Origin: Thermoanaerobaculia bacterium
Lineage (GTDB): Bacteria; Acidobacteriota; Thermoanaerobaculia; UBA5066
Reading direction: 5' to 3'
Assembly: GCA_038319835.1 (NCBI GenBank)
Contig: JBBQDQ010000005.1
Coordinates: 1 to 56,397, forward strand
DNA length: 56,397 nucleotides
Below the pieces are notes generated by a model. The model worked only from the letters and a program-made list of their open reading frames with translations, searched no databases and was not told the DNA's origin. The position numbers were made by a program, and so were the translations under genes. Position 1 is the stretch's first letter. Each line of letters starts with the position of its first letter. Positions 19,633 to 26,906 of this stretch are shown piece after piece.

Positions 19633-21312
19633 TCAGGCGGGGTCTTTCGCGAGCGCGACGATCGCCCTGCGAAGCTTGCCGTGCGCGTCGAAGAGGCGGA
19701 CGAAGTCCGACTCGCGCCGTCCGCCCTTGGCGCGGATCACCCCCGTGAGCGCGCTCTTCTGGGCAGCCGTCCAACCCGTCACCCCCGGCAGGATCGAGAC
19801 GAGCGGCGCCCAGCGGCGGAACGCGAGGCGTTCGGCGGACGTCCACCCGGCCGTCCGCGCGCCGAGGAGCCGCGCCGCCTCTGCCGTCAGGACCGACTCC
19901 GCCCTCTCGCGGTCCGAGCCGAAGCGCGCCGCGAGCATGTCCGTCACCCTGAGGCCGACGTTCGGGAGCTCGACGAGGCCGATCGCGTTGCTCCGCACCC
20001 GCCCGCCGAACCAGTAGAGGTTCTCCGAGGCGAGGACCTTCAGGTCCGCGAGCGACGTGCGGTGCTTCGGGTCGGCCGCCATCCGGCGCTCCTCCTCCTG
20101 CATGAGGGCGACCGCCCGCGGGGCGCGCGGGACGAAGCCGAGCTTGCGGTAGAACCACCAGGCTCCGGACTCGAGCGCTTCGGGGTTGCCGTAGCCGCCC
20201 AGCTGGTACGGGAAGATCGTGAAGACGTCGGACCCGAAGAGGGCCCGCGTCATCGAAAGGACCTTGCCGTAGACGAGGCCCGACTCGCCGCCCCGGAACG
20301 ACTCGAAGACGTTGTAGGCGATCTCGGAGGAGCCGAAGAGCGCGCTCGTGAGGACGTAGCCGATCGGGACGCCGTTCTTGAGCGTCAGGAACCCGTAGAC
20401 GGACTCGAGGAGGAGCCGGCGCTCGGGGACGACGCCGATCGCGGCGAAGGCGAGGCCGTCCGGGTACGTCACGAGGCGGACGTCGTTCGGGTCGCCCCAC
20501 TGGAAGGCGTCGAGATCCCGCTGGCGCGCGACCATCGCCTCCCTGGCGAGGTCGAGCCAGCGCCCCGCTTCGCGCGCGGGAACCGCCTCGATCGAGAGAG
20601 GGGGCCTCGCGCGCTCGCGGCGGACGTCGGGGCGGCCGCGGTCGAGGGGCTTCGTCTGGAAGACGACGGGCGCGGTCCTGAGACAGGCGTTCGTTCGCGC
20701 GGGCGTGCCCGCTCCGGCGTCGAGGACGAGCGGGAGCTCGAGGCTCTCCCACGCCGCCTCCCGCTCGAACGTGCCCCGGCCCAGCGTGGACAGCCTCCGG
20801 ACGAGGAAGGTGGCGTCCGTCTCCTTTGGGCCCTTCAGGCGATTCACCCAGCCGCGCGGCTTGAGGTCGAGCTCGTCGAGGGCGGGTGTTTCGGACCAGA
20901 GGGAGACGAGGGGGAGAAGGCGCTCGAGGGCAGGTCCCTTGTCGAACGCCTTCCAGTCGACGTGGAGCTTCCCGCCCCAGCGCGCCGCGAGCCAGCGCGC
21001 CGTGCCGGCGAAGAACGGGAAGCGCGTTTTCGTTCCCGCGATTCCGCTGTCTTCGAGAGCGGCGCGGTGGAGCCGGAGGTCGGGCCGCCGGGCGAAGCGC
21101 GCGAGGAGAATCTCGACCTTCGCCAGGACGGGCGCGTCGTCGGGGTAGGCGCGGAGGAAGCACAACGCCTCGTGGAGACGCTCGACCTCTTTCGCGGTCG
21201 TGAGGCGCGCGCGGGAGAGGACGTCGAGCGCGGTCCGCCGGCGGGCCACGGCGTCCTGTCCGCGGTCCGTCCGCGCCGACTCGAGGACGCGCAGGGCGTC
21301 CTTCGCCCTCAC
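19633..21312 (-). CDS. Uncharacterised ~560-aa protein with a GNAT-like C-terminal half
   Basis: GTG start overlaps the padR stop; KNGVPIGY...NVFESFRGGE...NPEALESGAWWFYRKLGF. Confidence 0.7.
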   Translation of the reverse strand: MRAKDALRVLESARTDRGQDAVARRRTALDVLSRARLTTAKEVERLHEALCFLRAYPDDAPVLAKVEILLARFARRPDLRLHRAALEDSGIAGTKTRFPFFAGTARWLAARWGGKLHVDWKAFDKGPALERLLPLVSLWSETPALDELDLKPRGWVNRLKGPKETDATFLVRRLSTLGRGTFEREAAWESLELPLVLDAGAGTPARTNACLRTAPVVFQTKPLDRGRPDVRRERARPPLSIEAVPAREAGRWLDLAREAMVARQRDLDAFQWGDPNDVRLVTYPDGLAFAAIGVVPERRLLLESVYGFLTLKNGVPIGYVLTSALFGSSEIAYNVFESFRGGESGLVYGKVLSMTRALFGSDVFTIFPYQLGGYGNPEALESGAWWFYRKLGFVPRAPRAVALMQEEERRMAADPKHRTSLADLKVLASENLYWFGGRVRSNAIGLVELPNVGLRVTDMLAARFGSDRERAESVLTAEAARLLGARTAGWTSAERLAFRRWAPLVSILPGVTGWTAAQKSALTGVIRAKGGRRESDFVRLFDAHGKLRRAIVALAKDPA

Positions 21313-21827
21313 GTGCGCGCCCTCTCGGCCGGACCGAGCGACCGGCCGGCGAGGAGCGCGGCCGACTCCGCGTCCGCCCACGCGAGCTCCGTCTCGAGGA
21401 GGACGCGCCGCCGCCGCCGTGCGGCCGTCGTGCCCGTCGCGGCGCGCTTGAGCTCGTCGGCGAGAAGGTTTCGGTACTCCTGCAGGCGCCGCACGCGGTC
21501 GGGCGGGAGGCTGCGCTCGAGAAGAGCGAGGCGGGCGAGCGTCGCGTCGTGCGGGCGCGGGAGCGAGAAGGGCTCCGCGACCCACTCCTTCAGCTCGCGT
21601 CGGCCGGACGGCGTCGCGCGGTACTCGCGCCGCGGAGGCCCCTTCGGCGAGCGCCGCCGCTTGAGCGAGACGAACCCGCCGCGCAGGAGACGCCGGAGAG
21701 AGGGATAGATCTGGGAGAGGTCCGCGTCCCAACCGCGCGCGGGATCTTCCGCGAGCCGCTGCTTGAGATCCCACCCGCTCGCGGGCGACTCGACGAGGAG
21801 CCCGAGGAGGACGTGGGAGAGGGACAT
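21309..21827 (-). CDS. PadR-family (AphA-like) transcriptional regulator
   Basis: MSLSHVLLGLL...SGWDLK...SQIYPSLRRL...GPPRREYRATPSG. Confidence 0.88.
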   Translation of the reverse strand: MSLSHVLLGLLVESPASGWDLKQRLAEDPARGWDADLSQIYPSLRRLLRGGFVSLKRRRSPKGPPRREYRATPSGRRELKEWVAEPFSLPRPHDATLARLALLERSLPPDRVRRLQEYRNLLADELKRAATGTTAARRRRRVLLETELAWADAESAALLAGRSLGPAERART

Positions 21828-21833
21828 GCGGTA

Positions 21834-21854
21834 AGTATATGACGACTCATATAC
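21834..21854 (-). promoter_or_regulatory. padR -10 element overlapped by a palindromic operator
   Basis: Perfect inverted repeat GTATATGA-cgac-TCATATAC (21835-21854); TATACT on the minus strand (21839-21834), 6 nt before the ATG. Confidence 0.7.
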
Positions 21855-21926
21855 CGCCGTGGAAAACCCGTGGAGTGCCCTGTGAATTACTGCCGTGCCC
21901 CGAGGCCAGGCGGCCGGTCTCCGGAC

Positions 21927-21955
21927 AAAAAAATAAGGGGGCTGGTGTAGCCCCC
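21927..21955 (-). terminator. Intrinsic terminator of the Lys-rich peptide transcript
   Basis: Minus-strand RNA GGGGGCU-ACACC-AGCCCCC-UUAUUUUUUU. Confidence 0.8.
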
Positions 21956-21999
21956 GAATCCCGGAAATACCTTGATTGGAATGGTTTGAAGTAACTAAG

Positions 22000-22062
22000 T
22001 TACTTCTTGCCCTTCTTCGCCTTCTTCGTGGTCTTCTTCGCAGCTTTCTTCTTGGCCGGCAT
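22000..22062 (-). CDS. 20-aa Lys-rich peptide MPAKKKAAKKTTKKAKKGKK (below the ORF-track cutoff)
   Basis: ATG at 22062, TAA at 22002-22000; SD GAGGAGGTGA (22080-22071) 8 nt upstream; own promoter and terminator. Confidence 0.8.
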   Translation of the reverse strand: MPAKKKAAKKTTKKAKKGKK

Positions 22063-22094
22063 GGTTTCTGTCACCTCCTCACTGGCAGGTTTCG

Positions 22095-22124
22095 TTGACA
22101 GTGCCGGAAGCTGCGTGCTAGGTT
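22095..22124 (+). promoter_or_regulatory. Putative antisense sigma70 promoter
   Basis: TTGACA (22095-22100), 18-nt spacer, TGc-TAGGTT extended -10 (22116-22124). Confidence 0.45.
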
Positions 22125-22234
22125 GTCCGCCCCTCGAAGGACGGGGACTAGCGCTCTTCCGGATTCTGTCGACTGCCTTGATTCAAGTCTCGCGACTCTA
22201 AGCGTCGATAGATTTCAAAAGATCTGGTTCCCGT

Positions 22235-22280
22235 GGGACGGCATCGTGAGTCACGATCACGGCGCCGTCCCTTTTTTCTT
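22235..22280 (+). terminator. Hairpin plus T-tract; possible terminator of an antisense RNA
   Basis: GGGACGGC-ATCGTGAGTCACGAT-cacggc-GCCGTCCC followed by TTTTTTCTT. Confidence 0.5.
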
Positions 22281-22290
22281 CCTGTAACGA

Positions 22291-22330
22291 ATTGTATAGA
22301 GGCCATACGGCGCGAATCAAGAATTTTTTT
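22291..22330 (-). promoter_or_regulatory. Sigma70-like promoter with A-rich UP element driving the leader and peptide
   Basis: Minus strand: AAAAAAATTC-TTGATT (22320-22315), 18-nt spacer, TACAAT (22296-22291). Confidence 0.65.
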
Positions 22331-22432
22331 CTTGACGAGCGAAGATTTTTTCACCCGTCGTTCCCGTCCCTTCGGACGACCGCGCGCACATCCGGGCTAG
22401 GATCGCGCGTGGAGAAAAATCCGGAGCCTCAC

Positions 22433-23281
22433 ATGACAGACGCACTCGTGCTCGCTCACTCGCCCGACTCCGACGACGCGTTCATGTTCTACGGACTGCG
22501 CGCGAACGCGGTGGACACCGAGGGCGTCACCTACACGCATACGCTCGCCGACATCGAAACGCTCAACCGCCGCGCGTTGGCGGGAGAGCTCGCGATCACG
22601 GCCGTGTCCTTCCACGCGTACGCGTATCTCGCGGACCGTTACGTGCTCCTCCCGCACGGTGCCTCGTTCGGCGACGGGTACGGCCCGTGCGTCGTCGCGC
22701 GTAAGGACGGCGGGCCGCGCACGCTCGCGGACCTCAGCGGCCGGCGGGTCGCGATCCCGGGCGTCCTGACGTCCGCCGCGATGTCGCTCGCGCTCTACAC
22801 GCAGGGCGTGACGCCCGTCGTGATGGCGTTCGACCGCGTCGGCGACGCCGTGAACGCCGGCGAGGTGGACGCGGGCGTCGTGATCCACGAGGGCCAGCTC
22901 ACATGGAAGGAAGAGGGGTTCCACCTCGTCGCCGATCTCGGCGTCGTCTGGAAGGACGAGACCGGCCTCCCGCTCCCCCTCGGCGGCAACGCGGTCCGCC
23001 GCGACCTCGGGCCGGAGCTGATCGCCCGCGTCTCTCGCGCCCTCGGCCGCTCGATCGTCTACGCCCTCGACCACCGTGAGGACGCCCTCACGGACGCGAT
23101 GCGCTTCGCCCGCGGCCTCCCGCGCGAGAAGGCGGACCGTTTCGTGGGGATGTACGTGAACGACTGGACGCGCTCCTACGGGCCGAAGGGCCGCGAGGCG
23201 GTCCGACTCTTCCTGAGGCGCGGTTTCGAGGCCGGGATCCTCCCGAAGCTCGTCGAGCCGGAGTGGGTGGCGGAGGACTGA
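22433..23281 (+). CDS. mqnD: 1,4-dihydroxy-6-naphthoate synthase (futalosine menaquinone pathway)
   Basis: AHSPDSDDAFMFY, GDGYGP, AGVVIHEG, LPLPLGG, MYVN. Confidence 0.88.
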   Translation: MTDALVLAHSPDSDDAFMFYGLRANAVDTEGVTYTHTLADIETLNRRALAGELAITAVSFHAYAYLADRYVLLPHGASFGDGYGPCVVARKDGGPRTLADLSGRRVAIPGVLTSAAMSLALYTQGVTPVVMAFDRVGDAVNAGEVDAGVVIHEGQLTWKEEGFHLVADLGVVWKDETGLPLPLGGNAVRRDLGPELIARVSRALGRSIVYALDHREDALTDAMRFARGLPREKADRFVGMYVNDWTRSYGPKGREAVRLFLRRGFEAGILPKLVEPEWVAED

Positions 23282-23299
23282 GGGCGTGACGGGTGTGAT

Positions 23300-23800
23300 G
23301 TGAAGACGGGAACGCGGGCGCTCGCGGGGGGATTCCTGTTCCTGGCCGCGCTCTGGTGCGGGATGCTCGCCTTCTTCGGAGCGTTCGGGGCCCGGGTCGT
23401 CCTCGAGACGTCGCCGAGCCGCCACGCGGCGGGCGCCGTGAACAAGGTCCTCCTCGACGTCCTCGACGCGGCGTCTCTCGGCGCGGTCCTCGTGCTCGGC
23501 GTCCTTCTCGTCCTCTGGAACCGGGTGCGGCCCTGGACGGCGCGCGCCCGTGGCTACGCGGTCCGCTTCCTGGCCGTGGCCGCGGTCGCGGCTGTCGCGT
23601 CGCTCTTCGTCGTGACGCCCGAGATGATGGAGCGGCGCGCGCGGATGGGCCCGATCGACCTCGTCTCCAAGGAGGATCCCCTGCGCAAGGCCTGGGGGCG
23701 GCTGCACGGCGTCTCGTCGCTGACGCTCCTCGTCAGGCTCCTCGCCTCGGCGGGCGTCTTCGCGGCGGGGTTCGCGCAGCTCCCGAAGGGCGACGCCTGA
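23300..23800 (+). CDS. DUF4149-like membrane protein
   Basis: Four hydrophobic helices; AWGRLHGVSS. Confidence 0.75.
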   Translation: MKTGTRALAGGFLFLAALWCGMLAFFGAFGARVVLETSPSRHAAGAVNKVLLDVLDAASLGAVLVLGVLLVLWNRVRPWTARARGYAVRFLAVAAVAAVASLFVVTPEMMERRARMGPIDLVSKEDPLRKAWGRLHGVSSLTLLVRLLASAGVFAAGFAQLPKGDA

Positions 23801-23807
23801 TCCCTTC

Positions 23808-24686
23808 TCAGGCCGTGGTGCGGAGGAAGAACTCCGTCCAGCGCCGCTCGTACTCGTCCGGCAGGACGGCCTGGGGCTCGTCGGCGTGGTGGCAGTGGCC
23901 GCAGGCCGGGACGCGCCAGAACGTCTTCGGACCCGCGAGCGCCTCGTAGAGGCGCGGCGAGAAGCGGATCGGTACGAGAGCGTCCGTCTCGCCGTGGACG
24001 ACCGTCGTCGGGCACGTCACGCGTCGGGCCGCCGCGACGGGTTCGGCCTGCGAGAGGTCGAGCTTCTCGGTCTTCTCGATCCGGCGGACGAGGAGGCGGA
24101 CCGGCCCCTCGAGGAGGACGCGGGGCAGGCCCGTCGCGCGGTGAAGGTAGTGGACCGCCATCGCGCGGAGGTCGCCGAACGGCGACTGGAGCCAGAGGGC
24201 GGCGGGAGTCCGCGCGGCGGCGAGCTGGAGCGCGAGGAGCGAGCCCATCGAGCAGCCGTCGATTCCGAGGCGGGCGGCCTCGACGCCGAAGCGCTCGCGG
24301 GCGAGGTCGAGGAGGAGGAGGAGGTCGTTCGTTTCGCGGATCCCGCACGTGATCCTCCCGCCCGTCGACGGCGGGTGGCCGCGCAGCTCAGGCACGAGGA
24401 CGTTGAAGCCGAGCCGGAGCGCCCGCACGGCGTCCTTCGTCCACTCCGCGCCGCCGCCGCCCTTGCCGTGGAGGAAGAGGAGCGTCGGGCGCGTCCGGGG
24501 GGCGCCGGGCGACGCGAAGAGCGTCACGAGCCGGGCGGGCTCTTCGGGGTCGCCGTCGTGGACGAGCGTCTCGACGACGCCGGAGCGCCCGGCGGCCGTC
24601 GTCACGGCCTCGTGGAACGCCTCCGTCGACGCGGTGACCGGTGCGAGCCCGACGGGAGAGAGGAGAATTCCCGCGAGCGAGCGCAT
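23808..24686 (-). CDS. Alpha/beta hydrolase
   Basis: LFLHGKGG, ELRGH, GCSMG nucleophile, VHGETDALVP, CGHCH. Confidence 0.85.
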   Translation of the reverse strand: MRSLAGILLSPVGLAPVTASTEAFHEAVTTAAGRSGVVETLVHDGDPEEPARLVTLFASPGAPRTRPTLLFLHGKGGGGAEWTKDAVRALRLGFNVLVPELRGHPPSTGGRITCGIRETNDLLLLLDLARERFGVEAARLGIDGCSMGSLLALQLAAARTPAALWLQSPFGDLRAMAVHYLHRATGLPRVLLEGPVRLLVRRIEKTEKLDLSQAEPVAAARRVTCPTTVVHGETDALVPIRFSPRLYEALAGPKTFWRVPACGHCHHADEPQAVLPDEYERRWTEFFLRTTA

Positions 24687-24703
24687 GCGCGGAGGCGAAG
24701 GGC

Positions 24704-26047
24704 TCAGGAAGCCTTCGCGGCCTTCTTCTTCGCGGGGTCCTTCGCCGGGACGTCCGCTCCGGCCTTGTATGCGGCGTTCGCGGGCTCCAGCTCGTACGCG
24801 CGCCGGAGCGCCGCCGCCGCGCCCGCCGGGTCGCCCGTCGCGCGGAGCGCCGCCGAGAGAGCCCCCTGCGCGCCCGCGTCCTCGCCTTGCGAGAGCTCGA
24901 CGGCGCGCCTGGCGTACTTCAGGGCCTCGGCCGGCTCCTTGAGGGCGAGCGCGGTCCTCGACGCGCGGGCCGCGAGGGCCCCGTCCAGCGTGCCTCCGCC
25001 CGCTTCGAGCGCGGCGGCCCATGCCTTCTTCGCGTCGGCGGTCCGGCCCGCTGCAGCGTGCGCCTCCGCGAGGTCGAGCTGGCGCTCGACGCGTACGCCC
25101 GGGGCTGCCCCGTTGCGCCCGGCCGCCTCGGCCGCGCGCGTGTACGCCGCGATGGCCTCGGCCGCGTGGCCGGCCTTCTTCTCGGCGCCGCCGAGAGCGG
25201 CGAGGACGTCCGCGTTGTAAGGCCCGCCTTCGCCGACCGCGGCGAGGGTCTCCTTCGCGATCGTCCGGGCCGTCGCGACGTCGCCGCGCTTCCCGAGAGC
25301 CGTCACGTATGCCGCGGCGAAGAAGCCGCGGCGGGGATCGGTCCCGAGACGGGGCAGGAACGTCGCGATGAGGTCGCCGGTCTCGGGCGAGTAGTCGTCG
25401 TCGAGCGTCTCGATGGCGGCGAGCTGGGCGAAGAGCTGGAAGACCTCGGGGCGCGAGAGCTCGCCCTCCTCGGAGACGACGCGCAGGGCGATCGGCCGCA
25501 GGCGCGCGCGGTCGCGGCGCAGCGCGAGGGCGCCGCCGAGCCGGATGGCCTCCTCGTGGTCCCACTTCGCCCTGAGCTTCGCGAGGCCCTCGAGGAGCGG
25601 AGTCTGGCCGGAGAGGATCGCGTCGCCGCCGCGCTGGAAGTCCGCGGCCTGGTAGGCGCCGACGAGCCGGTCGATCTCGTTTCCGTCGCCGTCGAGGAAG
25701 ACGATCGTCGGGAAGGAGAACGCCTGGTAGCGCGCGGAGACCTTCCGGCCCTCGCCCTTCTCGGCGTCGACGCGGGCGGGCACGACGGACTTCTTCGCCC
25801 ACGCGACGACGCCCGGGTCCGCGAACGTCGTCTTGTCCATGATCTTGCACGGGCCGCACCACGCCGCGACGACGTCGAGCATGACGGGCTTGCCCTCCGC
25901 CTTCGCGCGCCGCAGGACTTCGGCGAACGGTTTTCCCTCGGCGAAGGGGACGTGAACGGCGGCGGGTTTCGCCGCGTCTGTTCCGGCGGCGGGGAGCGGC
26001 GGGGCGACGGCGAGAGCCGCGGCGGCGAGGAAGGGGGAGAGTCTCAC
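24704..26047 (-). CDS. Exported thioredoxin-fold protein with TPR repeats
   Basis: Signal peptide from GTG 26047; GKPVMLDVVAAWCGPCK, FPTIVFLD; Ala-rich TPR C-terminus. Confidence 0.85.
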   Translation of the reverse strand: MRLSPFLAAAALAVAPPLPAAGTDAAKPAAVHVPFAEGKPFAEVLRRAKAEGKPVMLDVVAAWCGPCKIMDKTTFADPGVVAWAKKSVVPARVDAEKGEGRKVSARYQAFSFPTIVFLDGDGNEIDRLVGAYQAADFQRGGDAILSGQTPLLEGLAKLRAKWDHEEAIRLGGALALRRDRARLRPIALRVVSEEGELSRPEVFQLFAQLAAIETLDDDYSPETGDLIATFLPRLGTDPRRGFFAAAYVTALGKRGDVATARTIAKETLAAVGEGGPYNADVLAALGGAEKKAGHAAEAIAAYTRAAEAAGRNGAAPGVRVERQLDLAEAHAAAGRTADAKKAWAAALEAGGGTLDGALAARASRTALALKEPAEALKYARRAVELSQGEDAGAQGALSAALRATGDPAGAAAALRRAYELEPANAAYKAGADVPAKDPAKKKAAKAS

Positions 26048-26061
26048 TCGCGGATGATGCC

Positions 26062-26865
26062 TCAGAAGCCGGGGCGGAAGGGGTCGACGGGCGGCGGCGG
26101 CGGGTCGCCCGGGTAGGTCACGGACTCGAGGAAGAGACCCGAGGGCGGGGACGTCCACGCGGCGCTCTTCGCCGTGCGCGTCGTGAGCATCTCCTTCACG
26201 TCCTGGACCGCGAGGCGGCCCGTGCCGATCTCCACGAGCGTTCCCGTCAGGCGGCGCACCATCTTCCAGAGGAAGTGCGACGCGCCCATGCGGAAAAGGA
26301 GGAGGTCGGGCGCCTCGGGCGGCGATTCGAGGCGGGCGAACTCCACCTCCACGAGCGTCGAGTCGTGCCCCTCGGCGTTCTCGCAGAAGCTCCCGAAGTC
26401 GTGGCGGCCCGTGAAGAGGTCGGCGGCGGCCTGCATCGCCTTCGCGTCGAGCCGATCCTTGATCCACCACACGTAACGCTTGCCGAACGCGGTGCGCCGC
26501 CGCGAGATGCGGTAGCGGTAGACGCGCAAGCCCGCGCTGTGGCGCGCGTGGAACGTGCGCGGGGCCGGCTGGAGGTTCAGGACGTGGATGTCGGGCGGGA
26601 GATGGTCGTTGATCGCCTGCCGGAGCTTCCCGAGCTCGGCGGCGGGCGCCTGGAACGGGCCGTGGAGCGAGGCGACCTGCGCGAAGGCGTGGACGCCCGC
26701 GTCCGTCCGGCCCGCGCCGTTCACCTTGACGTCCTTGCCGAGGACGTCCCGGCACGCGGCGTAGAGCTCGCCCTGGACCGTGCGGGCGTTCACCTGGGAC
26801 TGCCAGCCGCGGTAGCGGCCGCCGTCGTATTCGAGGGTGGCGCGAAGGACGTTGAGGGCGGTCAC
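26062..26865 (-). CDS. truA: tRNA pseudouridine(38-40) synthase
   Basis: LEYDG, GAGRTDAGVHA, FHARHSA, GRHDFGSF, FLWKMVR. Confidence 0.93.
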   Translation of the reverse strand: MTALNVLRATLEYDGGRYRGWQSQVNARTVQGELYAACRDVLGKDVKVNGAGRTDAGVHAFAQVASLHGPFQAPAAELGKLRQAINDHLPPDIHVLNLQPAPRTFHARHSAGLRVYRYRISRRRTAFGKRYVWWIKDRLDAKAMQAAADLFTGRHDFGSFCENAEGHDSTLVEVEFARLESPPEAPDLLLFRMGASHFLWKMVRRLTGTLVEIGTGRLAVQDVKEMLTTRTAKSAAWTSPPSGLFLESVTYPGDPPPPPVDPFRPGF

Positions 26866-26906
26866 GGCCCCATTGTCGCCTCGAACCCGCTATCCTGCCC
26901 CTGCTC

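Larger units (their letters stand above)
22063..22284 (-). ncRNA. Structured ~220-nt 5' leader of the peptide mRNA (unassigned RNA motif)
   Basis: Long interrupted hairpin 22084-22177 and bulged hairpin 22235-22271, paired by eye. Confidence 0.55.

Noticed and set aside
21927-22062. Lys-rich peptide as a lysine attenuator for the padR operon
   Set aside because: No antiterminator pairing found by eye, downstream genes are not lysine-related, and padR has its own -10 element and operator.
22007-22201. Plus-strand Phe-rich ORF (MPFFAFFVVFF...) resembling a type I membrane toxin
   Set aside because: It is the antisense mirror of the AAG-rich peptide ORF and has a TTG start with no SD; the translation signals are on the minus strand.
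22063-22284. Identity as SRP RNA, tmRNA, RNase P RNA, tRNA or a common riboswitch
   Set aside because: No SRP GGAA-loop motif, tRNA-like ends or recognisable aptamer consensus. 6S RNA cannot be excluded without a covariance search.
22317-22335. Inverted repeat TCAAGAA-N5-TTCTTGA as an operator
   Set aside because: Explainable as back-to-back TTGA -35-like elements around an A/T tract; no adjacent cognate regulator identified.
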